DNA of 30,834 nucleotides, from positions 1-30,834 of the forward strand of contig JANLWX010000198.1 in assembly GCA_031364845.1 (NCBI GenBank), read 5' to 3'. The notes beneath the pieces are model-generated. The model was not told the origin of the DNA. It ran no database searches and was given only the letters and a program-made list of their open reading frames with translations. Every line of letters begins with the position of its first letter. Within the stretch, counting starts at the first letter, position 1. Below are positions 18,396 to 27,696 of the stretch, piece after piece. Both the position numbers and the translations under genes were made by a program. The stretch comes from Candidatus Eiseniibacteriota bacterium. Lineage in GTDB: Bacteria; Eisenbacteria; RBG-16-71-46.

Positions 18396-20735
18396 GTGAT
18401 CCACAAGCAGGGGACCCACCTTCGGGGAAATTCCCCCACTCGCCTGGCCCGCAAACGGACTCACCGCGATGGGAGCCATCCGCCCGATTTCACCTCAGTG
18501 GATCGGGAGCGCGTCCAATCTGAAATTCGCGATGAGCATGGCCCCATCGGAACGCCCGAAACCCGTGCCGGCGAGCGTCTCGAGAGTCCGGGATCTTTCA
18601 ACCGGCACAAGGACCTGGCGCACCGTTCCGTGTCGCTTGGGCGCGAGCTTGTTTGGACCGTCGGGGGGCTCATCATCACCGCAGTCGCCAGCACGCTTCT
18701 GCTGGTCGACCTCATCGCGCTCATGCGCCGCAGTCTGTGGCATTCGCCCGGCACCTTTTCACTTCAGCTTCTCTTTACTGCGATCTTCCTATTTCTCATC
18801 TATGGCAACACGCTCTACCAGATCGCGCGGCTCGGGTATCTCGTGCGACTCCGGAAGCACAAGCGCGCCGACCGGGCCGCACTCGAGCGTGTCCACGACG
18901 AGCCCGAGCCGCCGGCCGTCTGCATGCTGGTGCCTTCCTACAAGGAAGAAGTCGCGGTCGTCCGACAATCGCTGCTCTCCTGTGTGCTGCAGGAGTGGCC
19001 CCGCAGGCGCGTGGTATTGCTGATCGACGATCCGCACCACCCGCGTAACGAACGCGATCGAGACGCGCTCGAGAGGATGCGCGAGTTGCCGGCGGCGGTG
19101 GCGGAGGTGCTGACCGAGCCTGCCGAGTGGTGCCGTTCGCTGGTGGCCCGTCTCGATTCCGAGGAGGCGAGAGGGGTTTGTGATCGCGGTCAGCGTGCCA
19201 CGGCCGTCATCGAACTGCTGCACCGTATCGCCGCATGGTGCGATGAGCAGGCCGATCGAGAGCCACTGGCGACCCATGGTGACCGCCTGTTCGTGGCGCT
19301 CACGTTCCGTGAGCGTGCCCGTATCGAGCGGGACCGGGTGATCCGGTTGCAGGCCGATCTCGCCCGCGCCTCCGTATCCGAAATCGACACGCTGCTGCTT
19401 CGCGAGCGCCGGCGCCTTACGCGGCTCTTCGAGGTGGAGGTCACGAGTTTCGAACGCCGGCACTATGTGAACCTGTCCCATGAACCCAACAAGGCCATGA
19501 ACCTCAACAGCTACATTGGCCTGATGGGGGGGAGTTATCAGGAAACGTATATTTCGGGCAGCGTCGCACTCGAGCCGGCCGCCTCCGCAGAAGCCGTACT
19601 GCACATCCCGGACGCCGACTTCCTGCTGACGCTCGACGCGGACAGCCTGCTGGATTCGGAATACGCGCTGCGATTGCTCCATGTCATGCGCGCTCCCGGC
19701 AACGAGCGCATGGCGGTGATCCAGACGCCCTACAGCGCCGTGCCCGATGCGCCGGGCGTGCTCGAGCGTGTCGCGGGAGCGACCACGGACATGCAGTACA
19801 TCATCCACCAGGGTTTCACGGGATGCCGGGCGACCTTCTGGGTGGGCGCGAACGCACTGCTACGCCGCGAAGCACTCGAGGACATCGTCACGACCGAAGA
19901 GGAAAGAGGATTCGTGGTCCGGCGCTACATACAGGATCGGACGGTGATCGAGGACACGGAGTCGAGCATTGATCTGATCGACCGGGGCTGGTCGCTCCAC
20001 AACTATCCCGAGCGGATGTCTTACAGCGCCACGCCGCCGGACTTCGGATCGCTCGTCATCCAGCGCCAGCGCTGGGCCAACGGTGGCTTGATCATCCTCC
20101 CCAAGCTGCTTCGCTACCTGTTTTTCAGGCGGCCGAACTGGGTTCTTTTCCCTGAGGCCTTCATGCGCCTGCACTACCTGACCTCCATTGCGGCGGTCAA
20201 CGTGGGCGTGCTTCTCATCCTGACCTACCCGTTCGACCGCAGCCTCCAGATCCGGTGGCTCCCGCTCACGGCGCTTCCCTATTACGTTCTCTATGGCAGA
20301 GACCTGTGGCTGGCCGGATACCGGGCCGCTGACCTGTTTCGCGTGTACGCGCTCAACCTGGTCCTGATCCCCGTCAATATCGCCGGAGTCCTCAAATCCA
20401 TCGAACAACTCGTCAGGCAGACCAAGATTCCGTTTTCGCGTACGCCCAAGATCGAGGGTCACACTCCTGCGCCCACGATGCTGGTCGCCTGTGAGTTCCT
20501 GCTGCTCGGTTATTGCCTCTCGGGCATGGTGGTGAACCTGGCGATCGGGAGCTGGCTCAACGCGGCATTCTCCGGAATCAATGCGTGCATCCTCTACTAT
20601 GCGATGGACCGATTCATGGGGGTTTCGGAATGTGCGCGCCAGGTGCTTCGCTCCGCTCGCGACCAGAACGTCCTGGTGAGAAGGTTGGTCGCGCTCGGTC
20701 TCATCAAGCGCAGCGCTGAGTACGAGATCTCGTGA
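18396..20735 (+). CDS. Processive GT2 glycosyltransferase (cellulose synthase BcsA-like polysaccharide synthase)
   Basis: Two N-terminal TM segments; VPSYKEE, LIDD, KAMNLN, LDADS (DxD), IQTPY, FWVGANALLRR, VIED, QRQRW; several C-terminal TM segments. Start uncertain: GTG 18396 has AAGGGG upstream, but the frame is open from 18120. Confidence 0.9.
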   Translation: MIHKQGTHLRGNSPTRLARKRTHRDGSHPPDFTSVDRERVQSEIRDEHGPIGTPETRAGERLESPGSFNRHKDLAHRSVSLGRELVWTVGGLIITAVASTLLLVDLIALMRRSLWHSPGTFSLQLLFTAIFLFLIYGNTLYQIARLGYLVRLRKHKRADRAALERVHDEPEPPAVCMLVPSYKEEVAVVRQSLLSCVLQEWPRRRVVLLIDDPHHPRNERDRDALERMRELPAAVAEVLTEPAEWCRSLVARLDSEEARGVCDRGQRATAVIELLHRIAAWCDEQADREPLATHGDRLFVALTFRERARIERDRVIRLQADLARASVSEIDTLLLRERRRLTRLFEVEVTSFERRHYVNLSHEPNKAMNLNSYIGLMGGSYQETYISGSVALEPAASAEAVLHIPDADFLLTLDADSLLDSEYALRLLHVMRAPGNERMAVIQTPYSAVPDAPGVLERVAGATTDMQYIIHQGFTGCRATFWVGANALLRREALEDIVTTEEERGFVVRRYIQDRTVIEDTESSIDLIDRGWSLHNYPERMSYSATPPDFGSLVIQRQRWANGGLIILPKLLRYLFFRRPNWVLFPEAFMRLHYLTSIAAVNVGVLLILTYPFDRSLQIRWLPLTALPYYVLYGRDLWLAGYRAADLFRVYALNLVLIPVNIAGVLKSIEQLVRQTKIPFSRTPKIEGHTPAPTMLVACEFLLLGYCLSGMVVNLAIGSWLNAAFSGINACILYYAMDRFMGVSECARQVLRSARDQNVLVRRLVALGLIKRSAEYEIS

Positions 20736-21595
20736 ACCTTGGCGTGCGATGGTCCGTAGAGCTCACACTCATGACCACCCTGGCTCTCGTACCCGCTTCC
20801 ATCTCGACGGCCGCCGAACCGTCAGTGACCGTGTTGATCTACCACGAAATCGTCACCGACGATGCCGTGCCGGGCGAGACGGTGATCCCGCTCGCCTCGT
20901 TCGTCGCGCAGATGCGCTGGCTTCACCAGAACCGCTACACCGTGCTCGATCTCGACGGACTCTCCGCCGTGGTGCGGGGTGAGCGCCGCGCGCCGCGCCG
21001 CGCCGTCGTCATCACGATCGACGACGGCTGGAAGAGCGGTCTCAATGCCCTCCCGATTCTCGAAGAATACAAATTCCCCGCGTCGTTCTGGATCATCGCC
21101 GGCGAGAGGGGAATAGGAGAGCCTTATCTCACATGGGAGCAGATCGAGATGATCGATCGCCATCCGCTCTTTGAAGTGCAGTCGCACACCATGAGCCATC
21201 CGTGGGACCGCAAGTCCAATCTGGTAACCTGGGTTGAGAACAAAGTCCCGGGCCGCTCGATCGACGACGCGAGACTCGAGCTCACCGAGTCCAAACGACT
21301 TCTCGAGTCACGCCTCGGACATCCGATTACGGCGCTGGCGTGGCCCTGTGGCTGGTACAACGATGATCTCGTCCAAATGGCCAAGGATGCGGGTTACTCC
21401 ATGGTCATGACCGCGCAGGAGGGCAAGAACGGCCCCGGAAGTTCAATGCTCGCGATACGCCGCACGTTCGTGGACGGAGCGTGCGACCTGGCCACCTTCG
21501 CGAAGACGGTGCGAACTGGCGGCTATCGTGTGTGCGCCACCTCGGGCCGGCCCACTCTCGGGCACTTGCCTCCGGCGTCTGCGTCGGACGACTAG
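20732..21595 (+). CDS. Secreted polysaccharide deacetylase (CE4/NodB, IcaB/PgaB-type)
   Basis: GTGA overlap with the GT2 stop; signal-peptide-like N-terminus; LIYHEI, ITIDDG, SHTMSH, AWPCG, RRTFV. Confidence 0.92.
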   Translation: MNLGVRWSVELTLMTTLALVPASISTAAEPSVTVLIYHEIVTDDAVPGETVIPLASFVAQMRWLHQNRYTVLDLDGLSAVVRGERRAPRRAVVITIDDGWKSGLNALPILEEYKFPASFWIIAGERGIGEPYLTWEQIEMIDRHPLFEVQSHTMSHPWDRKSNLVTWVENKVPGRSIDDARLELTESKRLLESRLGHPITALAWPCGWYNDDLVQMAKDAGYSMVMTAQEGKNGPGSSMLAIRRTFVDGACDLATFAKTVRTGGYRVCATSGRPTLGHLPPASASDD

Positions 21596-21602
21596 ACGTC
21601 GT

Positions 21603-22937
21603 TTATGCGGCCGTCCGCATCGCCGCGTGGGCGTGCATCCGCAAATACATCATCTGCGCGAGGTTCGCGAGAACCGTGGCCGCCATCGCGACCGGCAGCC
21701 CGTCGAAGCGCTGCGTCAGGACTCCGAGCCACAGAATGGCTGCGATCACGATGATGTAGACCACCATCGACTCCGTGATGGCGCGCGTGCGCCGCGCGTG
21801 GACGACCGTGCCCTGGTACCAGCTCTGGAACGTGCTCAGCCACGGCAGCGGCACCGCGAGCATCAGGCCGAGCACGGCCAGCGACACGAGCGCGGGCTCG
21901 AGTCCCGCAACGTGCGTGAACCACACGCCTCCGAGCGGCGTGAACGCGAAGACGACGATCAGCACTGAAACTGCGACCGCGAGACGCAAGGCGAAACGAC
22001 GCAGCGCGACGCCCGCTCCGGGACGGTCAAGCAGCGACACGACCACCTCGTTGAACGAGAAGCTGGCACTGCGCAGCGTGAACACGAAGCCATTGAGCGC
22101 CGGCCACGCGGCGAGCGATTCGACGGTGCGCGGCATGCGTCCCATCGCGGCACTCGCGAGCGGCATCGCGCTGAACATGAGGATCGGCATCACCGCGAGC
22201 GGCGCGTAGAAGCGCGCGAAAGCCACCGGCGTGAGCGGCTCGGCGATCCGAGGTGCCGCGCGCAACTCACGCAGCACCGGCCGCACCGCGATCCCGGCGT
22301 AGATCGCCTCGCTCATCACACCGGTCGCGACCGCGAGCGTGCCCACGATGATGCCGGGCCAGTCGGTGGCGTAGCCGCCGATGGTGAGCACGAGCGCGTT
22401 CGCGGCGAGACGGACCGCGGTGCCGATCCCGATCGTGCGCGAGCGGCCGAAGCGGATCAGCGCGCCCTGCTGGAAGCGGCGATAGGCGATCGACAGCGTC
22501 CACGGCAGCATGATCTGTAAGCCCCGTCGCGAGGGCTCGATGATCTCGGGCGGAGCGTGCATCCACCCGGCGACGATGATGTCGAACAGCGGCGTGAACA
22601 CGATCAGCGCGTGGAGCACCGTGAGCGTGAGCGACGCCGAGAACATGTAGCGACGCACCAGGCGGTAGGAGGGTTCGTCACGCGAGAGCGCGGTCGAAGC
22701 GCTGAGCAGCATGATGATCGGCGACTCGATCATGAGCGCGAGCGGAAACACCACGCCGCCATACGCCGCGAGGCTCGTGATCGGATCGGGCAGGCGCGCG
22801 AGCACCGCACTCACCATCGGAATCTCGAGGCCCATCAGGAGCCAGCTCGTGGCGAGCGGCCACCACGCGGAGTAAACAGTGCGGAGCGTGACGGGCGGTG
22901 ATTTAACGGCGGCCGCGTGCGGCCCGGTTTCGCTCAC
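21603..22937 (-). CDS. MATE/MOP-fold 12-TM membrane protein (ANKH-like bacterial family)
   Basis: About 12 TM segments with two-fold internal repeat (WPLATS...LARLPD...LAAY and APLAVM...MGRMPR...LAAW; YRRFQQG and FQSWYQG); GTGA overlap with the DUF423 gene. Confidence 0.75.
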   Translation of the reverse strand: MSETGPHAAAVKSPPVTLRTVYSAWWPLATSWLLMGLEIPMVSAVLARLPDPITSLAAYGGVVFPLALMIESPIIMLLSASTALSRDEPSYRLVRRYMFSASLTLTVLHALIVFTPLFDIIVAGWMHAPPEIIEPSRRGLQIMLPWTLSIAYRRFQQGALIRFGRSRTIGIGTAVRLAANALVLTIGGYATDWPGIIVGTLAVATGVMSEAIYAGIAVRPVLRELRAAPRIAEPLTPVAFARFYAPLAVMPILMFSAMPLASAAMGRMPRTVESLAAWPALNGFVFTLRSASFSFNEVVVSLLDRPGAGVALRRFALRLAVAVSVLIVVFAFTPLGGVWFTHVAGLEPALVSLAVLGLMLAVPLPWLSTFQSWYQGTVVHARRTRAITESMVVYIIVIAAILWLGVLTQRFDGLPVAMAATVLANLAQMMYLRMHAHAAMRTAA

Positions 22938-23332
22938 GCGCGCCGGCAGCCGATCGTGAACGCGACCCAGCCGACCAGAAATGCGGCGCCTCCGAGCGGA
23001 GTGATCGCGCCGAATCCGCGCGCACCGGTCAGCGCCATCGCGTAGAGGCTGCCCGAGAACAGCACAATGCCTGCGGCGAACAGCACGCCAGCGATGCCGA
23101 GCGCCTTATTCCCGCCGCGATCCTGCATCACGCCCGTCAGGATCAGCGCGAGCGCATGGAACATCTGATAGCGCACGCCGGTCTCGAACGTTTGCGACAA
23201 CGCGGCGCCGAGTTGGTCGCGCAGCAGATGCGCACCGAACGCGCCGAGTGCCACGCCCAGCAGAGCGAAGATGCCACCGAGGCGCGCGAAGGTCATCGGG
23301 GGCTCCGGCGTGGCCGCGGGCTCATGAGACAT
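22934..23332 (-). CDS. DUF423 (YgdD/TMEM256) membrane protein
   Basis: VALGAFGAH, FETGVRYQMFHALAL, GIVLFSGSLY, GAITPLGG. Confidence 0.93.
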   Translation of the reverse strand: MSHEPAATPEPPMTFARLGGIFALLGVALGAFGAHLLRDQLGAALSQTFETGVRYQMFHALALILTGVMQDRGGNKALGIAGVLFAAGIVLFSGSLYAMALTGARGFGAITPLGGAAFLVGWVAFTIGCRRA

Positions 23333-24227
23333 CGCGCCGGTCGTGCGGATCGAGCGCGTCGCGCAATCCGTCGCCGAGGAAGTTGAAACACAGGAGCGTC
23401 ACCGAGAGCGCGATGCCGGGGAAGATCACGAGCCAAGGGAACAGCGCGAGCAGCTTGGCGCCGTCCGAGACCAGCGTGCCCCACGAAGCATCCGGTGGCT
23501 GAACGCCGAGGCCGAGGAACGAGAGGAACGCTTCCTGGAGGATGACCGCGGGCACCGTGAGCGTGGTGTAGACGATCACCGGGCCGAGCGTGTTGGGGAC
23601 GATGTGCCGGAAGATGATGCTGCGGTTGCGCGCTCCGAGCGCACGTGCGGCTTCGACGAACGGCTGGTTCTTGAGCGAGAGCACCTGGCCGCGGACGATG
23701 CGCGCCATCGTGAGCCACTGGACGAGACCCAACGCGACGAACAGCATCACGAGGCTGCGGCTGAAGAACACGAGCAGCAGGATGACGAGGAAGATGTAGG
23801 GCAGCGAATAGAGGATGTCGACGAAGCGCATCATGGCTTCGTCCACCTTGCCGCCGAGGTAGCCCGAGATCGCGCCGTAGGTGACGCCGATCAGCAGGCT
23901 CACGAGTGTGCCGATCAATCCGACGAGCAGAGAGATGCGCCCGCCGTAGATCGTGCGCACGAAGGTGTCGCGTCCGAGTTCGTCGGTGCCGAACCAGTGG
24001 GCACCCGAGGGACCGGTCGCCCCGAGCGCCAGGTTCTGCGCGGTCGGATCCTGAAGTCCCGGGATCCACGGAGCGAAGATCGCGAGCGCCGACAGCACGA
24101 TCAGAATGATGGCCGCGACCACCGCCGCGCGGTTACGCCGCAGTCTCCGCCACGCATCCGCCCACAATCCCGAGGCGCGCTCGGGCGTGTCCGCAACCAC
24201 CGGATCCAGCGCGGTCGCGGCACTCAT
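23322..24227 (-). CDS. oppC: Oligopeptide ABC transporter permease OppC
   Basis: ATG 24227 overlaps the oppB stop (ATGA); DAWRRLRRNRAA, HWFGTDELGRD, EAARALGA, EAFLSFLGLG, NFLGDGLRDALDP. Confidence 0.93.
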   Translation of the reverse strand: MSAATALDPVVADTPERASGLWADAWRRLRRNRAAVVAAIILIVLSALAIFAPWIPGLQDPTAQNLALGATGPSGAHWFGTDELGRDTFVRTIYGGRISLLVGLIGTLVSLLIGVTYGAISGYLGGKVDEAMMRFVDILYSLPYIFLVILLLVFFSRSLVMLFVALGLVQWLTMARIVRGQVLSLKNQPFVEAARALGARNRSIIFRHIVPNTLGPVIVYTTLTVPAVILQEAFLSFLGLGVQPPDASWGTLVSDGAKLLALFPWLVIFPGIALSVTLLCFNFLGDGLRDALDPHDRRDVS

Positions 24228-25141
24228 GCCAGCTCCACGCGCGGGTCGAGCCAGGTGTAGGCGAGGTCGACGAGCAGGTTCAGCACCATGAGGAACGCGG
24301 CGTAGAACAGCACCACGCCCATCACCAGCGTGTAGTCGCGGTTGAACGCGCCGTTCACCAGATGACGGCCGAGGCCGGGAATCGCGAAGATGCTCTCGAC
24401 CACGATCGATCCCATCACCACGCGCGCCGCAGCCGGGCCGATGTAGGAGACGACCGGCAGGATGCCGAGCTTCATTGCATGCTTGAAGATCACGACGCGC
24501 TCGGACAGGCCCTTGGCGTAGGCGGTGCGGATGTAGTCCTGATGCAGCACTTCGAGCATGCCGGCGCGCGTGAGTCGCGCGATGTAGGCGATGTAGGCGG
24601 TCGACAACGTCAGCACTGGCAGCACGCGGCTCGAAGGTCCCTGCCACAGCGCGGGCGGGAACAGGAACAGACCGAGCGACAACGTGAGCACCAGCACCGG
24701 GCCGAGCACGAAGTTGGGGATCGAAACGCCCGCGAGCGCCAGACCCATCGCGCCGTAGTCGCCGGCGGAGTTCTGCTTCAAGGCCGCGAACATGCCGATC
24801 GGCACGCCGATCAGGATCGAGAGCATCAACGCCCAGGTTCCGAGTTCGAGCGACACCGGAAACGAATCGAAGATGATCTCGCGCACTTCGCGCGCCGGGA
24901 ACTTGTACGACGGGCCGAAGTCGAGCTTCACCGCGTTGCCGAGGAAGCTGAAATATTGCTGGCTCAGCGGTTTGTTGAGTCCGTACTGGATCTGAAGCTG
25001 TTCGAGCGCCGCCTTGGGGATGTCCTTCTCCGACTGGAACGGGCCGCCCGGTGCGAGGCGCATCATGAAAAACGTGAGGGTCGCGATCACCCACAGCGTG
25101 GGAATGAACAGCAGCACGCGGCGCAGGATGAACGTGAACAT
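24224..25141 (-). CDS. oppB: Oligopeptide ABC transporter permease OppB
   Basis: MRLAPGGPF, YGLNKPL, DFGPSYK, DYIRTAYAKGL, VESIFAIPGLG, NRDY, YTWLDPRV. Confidence 0.95.
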   Translation of the reverse strand: MFTFILRRVLLFIPTLWVIATLTFFMMRLAPGGPFQSEKDIPKAALEQLQIQYGLNKPLSQQYFSFLGNAVKLDFGPSYKFPAREVREIIFDSFPVSLELGTWALMLSILIGVPIGMFAALKQNSAGDYGAMGLALAGVSIPNFVLGPVLVLTLSLGLFLFPPALWQGPSSRVLPVLTLSTAYIAYIARLTRAGMLEVLHQDYIRTAYAKGLSERVVIFKHAMKLGILPVVSYIGPAAARVVMGSIVVESIFAIPGLGRHLVNGAFNRDYTLVMGVVLFYAAFLMVLNLLVDLAYTWLDPRVELA

Positions 25142-26868
25142 TAACGCGTCCCCGTGTTCGCGCCGCCGCGCGCCGGGCTCGCGGCAATCGTGCTGTCGTG
25201 CGGCGCGGGTTCACCAGCGGCCGGTTTGCGATCCCAGTCGTGATCGATCCACACATGGCGCAGCGGATGCGTGTCGAGTGCGGTCTGATAGAGCCCCCGC
25301 ACGTACGGCTTCACCAGCTCGGTCGTCGAATAGTGGTAGATCGGGATCATCGGCCCTTCGGACAGGATCAGCGCTTCGGCTTCGCGCAAGATCGCCATGC
25401 GCTTTGCGGGATCGACTTCGCGCGCGGAGGCGCGGATCAGCGCGTCGTAGCGCGGGCTGCTCCAGCCCGTGCGGTTGTTGCCGTCACCCGAGAGCCCGAG
25501 TGACAGGAACGTGTTGGGATCGAGGTAGTCGCCGATCCACGAGCGCCGCGCGATGTCGTACTGGAGCTGCGTGGTGGCCTGGAGGTAGGAGCCCCACTCC
25601 TGATTCGACAGCTCGATGTCGATCTTCAGCTCGCGTTTCCACATCGCCTGCACCGCCTCGGCCACGCGGCGATGATCCTCGCTGGTGTTGAACAGAATGG
25701 CGACCTTGGGGAATCCCTTGCCGCCCGGGAACCCCGCCTTGGTCAGACACTCGCGCGCATACTCGGGGTCGTAGTGGATCGAATCGGGCGGCACATAGCC
25801 CGGATAACCGCTCGGCGCGAACAGCGCCCACGGATCGCGGCTGCCCTTCATCAGGTCGCGCGAGATCGCGTCGCGATCGACCGACGCGTTGAGCGCGCGG
25901 CGCACCCACACGTTGTCGAACGGTTTGCGCGTCACGTTGATCGAATAGAAGTAGGTTCCCTGATAGCGCCCGGTGCTGAAGTCGCGGAACCGGCGCATGT
26001 ACGGCACGAACTGCGCGGGAATGTAGCCGCTCGGATTCCAGTCGATGACGCCGGCCTTGTAGAGATTGGTCGAAGTGTTCAGGTCGTCGACCGGATAGCA
26101 GATGATCCGCTCGAGCTTCACGCTCGCCGCGTCCCAGTAGCGCGGGTTGCGGATGAACTCGAAGCGGTCGCCCTGGCGCCATTTGTCGAGCAGGAAGGCA
26201 CCGTTGGTAACGACGTTCTCGGGCCGCGTCCACCGCACGCCGTGCTTTTCGATGGCACTCTGCGGCACCGGCAGGAACGTGTAGTACTGGGTGAGGAACA
26301 GGAAGTACGCGGTCGGCGAGTGCAGCTTCACGACGAAGGTACTGTCGTCGGGAGCCGCGATGCCGACCTTGCTGCGGTCGGTGAGTTCGCCAGTCGTGTA
26401 GGCCTCGGCGCCTTCGATCGGAAAGAACAACCCCGAATTGCGCGCGGCCGTCTCGGGCTCGAGCACCCGCATCCACGACCACAGGAAGTCGCGCGAGGTG
26501 AGCGGCGTGCCGTCGCTCCATGCGAGGTTCGGGCGCAGATGGAACGTGTACGTGAGCCCGTCCGGGCTCATGTCCCAGCGATACGCCTGACCGGGCGTCG
26601 GGGTGAGCGTCTGCGGATCCGGCGTGGTGAGGCCCTCGAACAACATCCGCGCGACGCGCCCGTCGGGCTGGCCACTCATCTTGCCGGGATCGATCGTCTC
26701 GGGCTCGGCGCCATTGTTGAACGTGAACACCTGCCCCGCGGGCGGCGTGGTGTCGCCGAAGTAGAGCGCCTGATCGGTCGCCTGGCCGGCGGGCGGCGCG
26801 GGAGCGCACGACACGACGCACGCGGCGAGCAGTGCCACGATCAGAGTGATGCGGAAGTGGGAGTCCAT
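25141..26868 (-). CDS. oppA: Oligopeptide ABC transporter substrate-binding lipoprotein OppA
   Basis: ATG 26868; lipobox VVS-C; NNGAEPETIDP, LFEGL, DGLTYTFHLR...WSDGTPLTSRDF, VTNGAF, WIGDYLDPNTFL; TAATG overlap with oppB. Confidence 0.93.
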   Translation of the reverse strand: MDSHFRITLIVALLAACVVSCAPAPPAGQATDQALYFGDTTPPAGQVFTFNNGAEPETIDPGKMSGQPDGRVARMLFEGLTTPDPQTLTPTPGQAYRWDMSPDGLTYTFHLRPNLAWSDGTPLTSRDFLWSWMRVLEPETAARNSGLFFPIEGAEAYTTGELTDRSKVGIAAPDDSTFVVKLHSPTAYFLFLTQYYTFLPVPQSAIEKHGVRWTRPENVVTNGAFLLDKWRQGDRFEFIRNPRYWDAASVKLERIICYPVDDLNTSTNLYKAGVIDWNPSGYIPAQFVPYMRRFRDFSTGRYQGTYFYSINVTRKPFDNVWVRRALNASVDRDAISRDLMKGSRDPWALFAPSGYPGYVPPDSIHYDPEYARECLTKAGFPGGKGFPKVAILFNTSEDHRRVAEAVQAMWKRELKIDIELSNQEWGSYLQATTQLQYDIARRSWIGDYLDPNTFLSLGLSGDGNNRTGWSSPRYDALIRASAREVDPAKRMAILREAEALILSEGPMIPIYHYSTTELVKPYVRGLYQTALDTHPLRHVWIDHDWDRKPAAGEPAPHDSTIAASPARGGANTGTR

Positions 26869-26877
26869 TCGCGGCGC

Positions 26878-26886
26878 AGTATAGCA
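26878..26886 (-). promoter_or_regulatory. Extended -10 promoter (TGC-TATACT) for the opp operon
   Basis: TGnTATACT on the minus strand, 9 nt upstream of ATG 26868; no SD. Confidence 0.7.
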
Positions 26887-26960
26887 GCGCGGCCGGGGAG
26901 CGGTCTCATGCGGCGGTCGGTTTCTGGTTACCGTCGCCGGCGAACGTTTTCGATCAGTCT

Positions 26961-27188
26961 TCAAGGTTTCGGTCGCGGATCATCCCGATGCTCATCGTGT
27001 CCCGCCCACGGCCGGCTCGGCTGGAGCAGCAGCACCGTCTGGTGCGCGCCCTCGAGCCATTCGAGTTTCTCCGCGAACGTCAGACGTGAGAGCCGCCGGC
27101 GCTGAGCCTGCGCATGCGCTTCCCAGCCGGCTTCCCATACACGCTCCTCGAGCGGATCGGGTCCGCTCAACGGACGCACCTCATTCAC
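26961..27188 (-). CDS. Small hypothetical protein (75 aa), partner of the upstream nucleotidyltransferase
   Basis: GTG 27188 overlaps the upstream stop (GTGAATGA); helical core WEAHAQAQRRRLSRLTFAEKLEWLE. Confidence 0.7.
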   Translation of the reverse strand: MNEVRPLSGPDPLEERVWEAGWEAHAQAQRRRLSRLTFAEKLEWLEGAHQTVLLLQPSRPWAGHDEHRDDPRPKP

Positions 27189-27696
27189 GCCGCGTCTCGG
27201 GCGGCGTGTGGAGCGACTCGAGACCCGCGACATCGGAGATGTCCTGCGGCCGCCCTGCGCGGCGCTTCATCTCCAACAGATCGCCGAGCCCGACGAACGT
27301 CGCTTCGACGCCGGGCGCGACTTCGAAGCGCACCGCCTCGGCGTAGGCGGTCTCGAAGTCGAACGGGCTCTCGACGAACAGATCCAGTTCGGTCGCGCGG
27401 TGCTCGCCGCTGAACGTCGAGAACACCGTGAGCCCCTTCTCGCGCGTCCAGCGCGCGCGGGTCTCTTTGTCCGCGAACTCGGCGAAGTCGACCGGAGCGC
27501 GCGGGCGATATCCCAGTCCCGCGAGCGCTTCGATCGCGCGGCGCAGCGCTGCCGCATCGGGATCGAGCACCAGATCGATGTCGGCCGTGAAGCGCACGAG
27601 TCCGTGCGCGACCACCGCAAGTCCGCCCACGATCAGGTAACGCGTTCTCACCTCGTTCAACGCGCGAACGATTGCTTCGATGCTGCGTCGTTCCAT
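27181..27696 (-). CDS. Small Pol-beta superfamily nucleotidyltransferase (DUF6036/AbiEii-like)
   Basis: GAGGTGG SD; YLIVGGLAVVAHGLVRFTADIDL (GG...R.T.DxD), ELDLF, LLEMKRRAGRPQDISD. Confidence 0.85.
   Translation of the reverse strand: MERRSIEAIVRALNEVRTRYLIVGGLAVVAHGLVRFTADIDLVLDPDAAALRRAIEALAGLGYRPRAPVDFAEFADKETRARWTREKGLTVFSTFSGEHRATELDLFVESPFDFETAYAEAVRFEVAPGVEATFVGLGDLLEMKRRAGRPQDISDVAGLESLHTPPETRRE

Noticed and set aside
23322..25256. 644-aa ORF suggesting an extended OppC
   Set aside because: The N-terminal part is an alternative frame over oppB; OppC starts at 24227 with an ATGA overlap.
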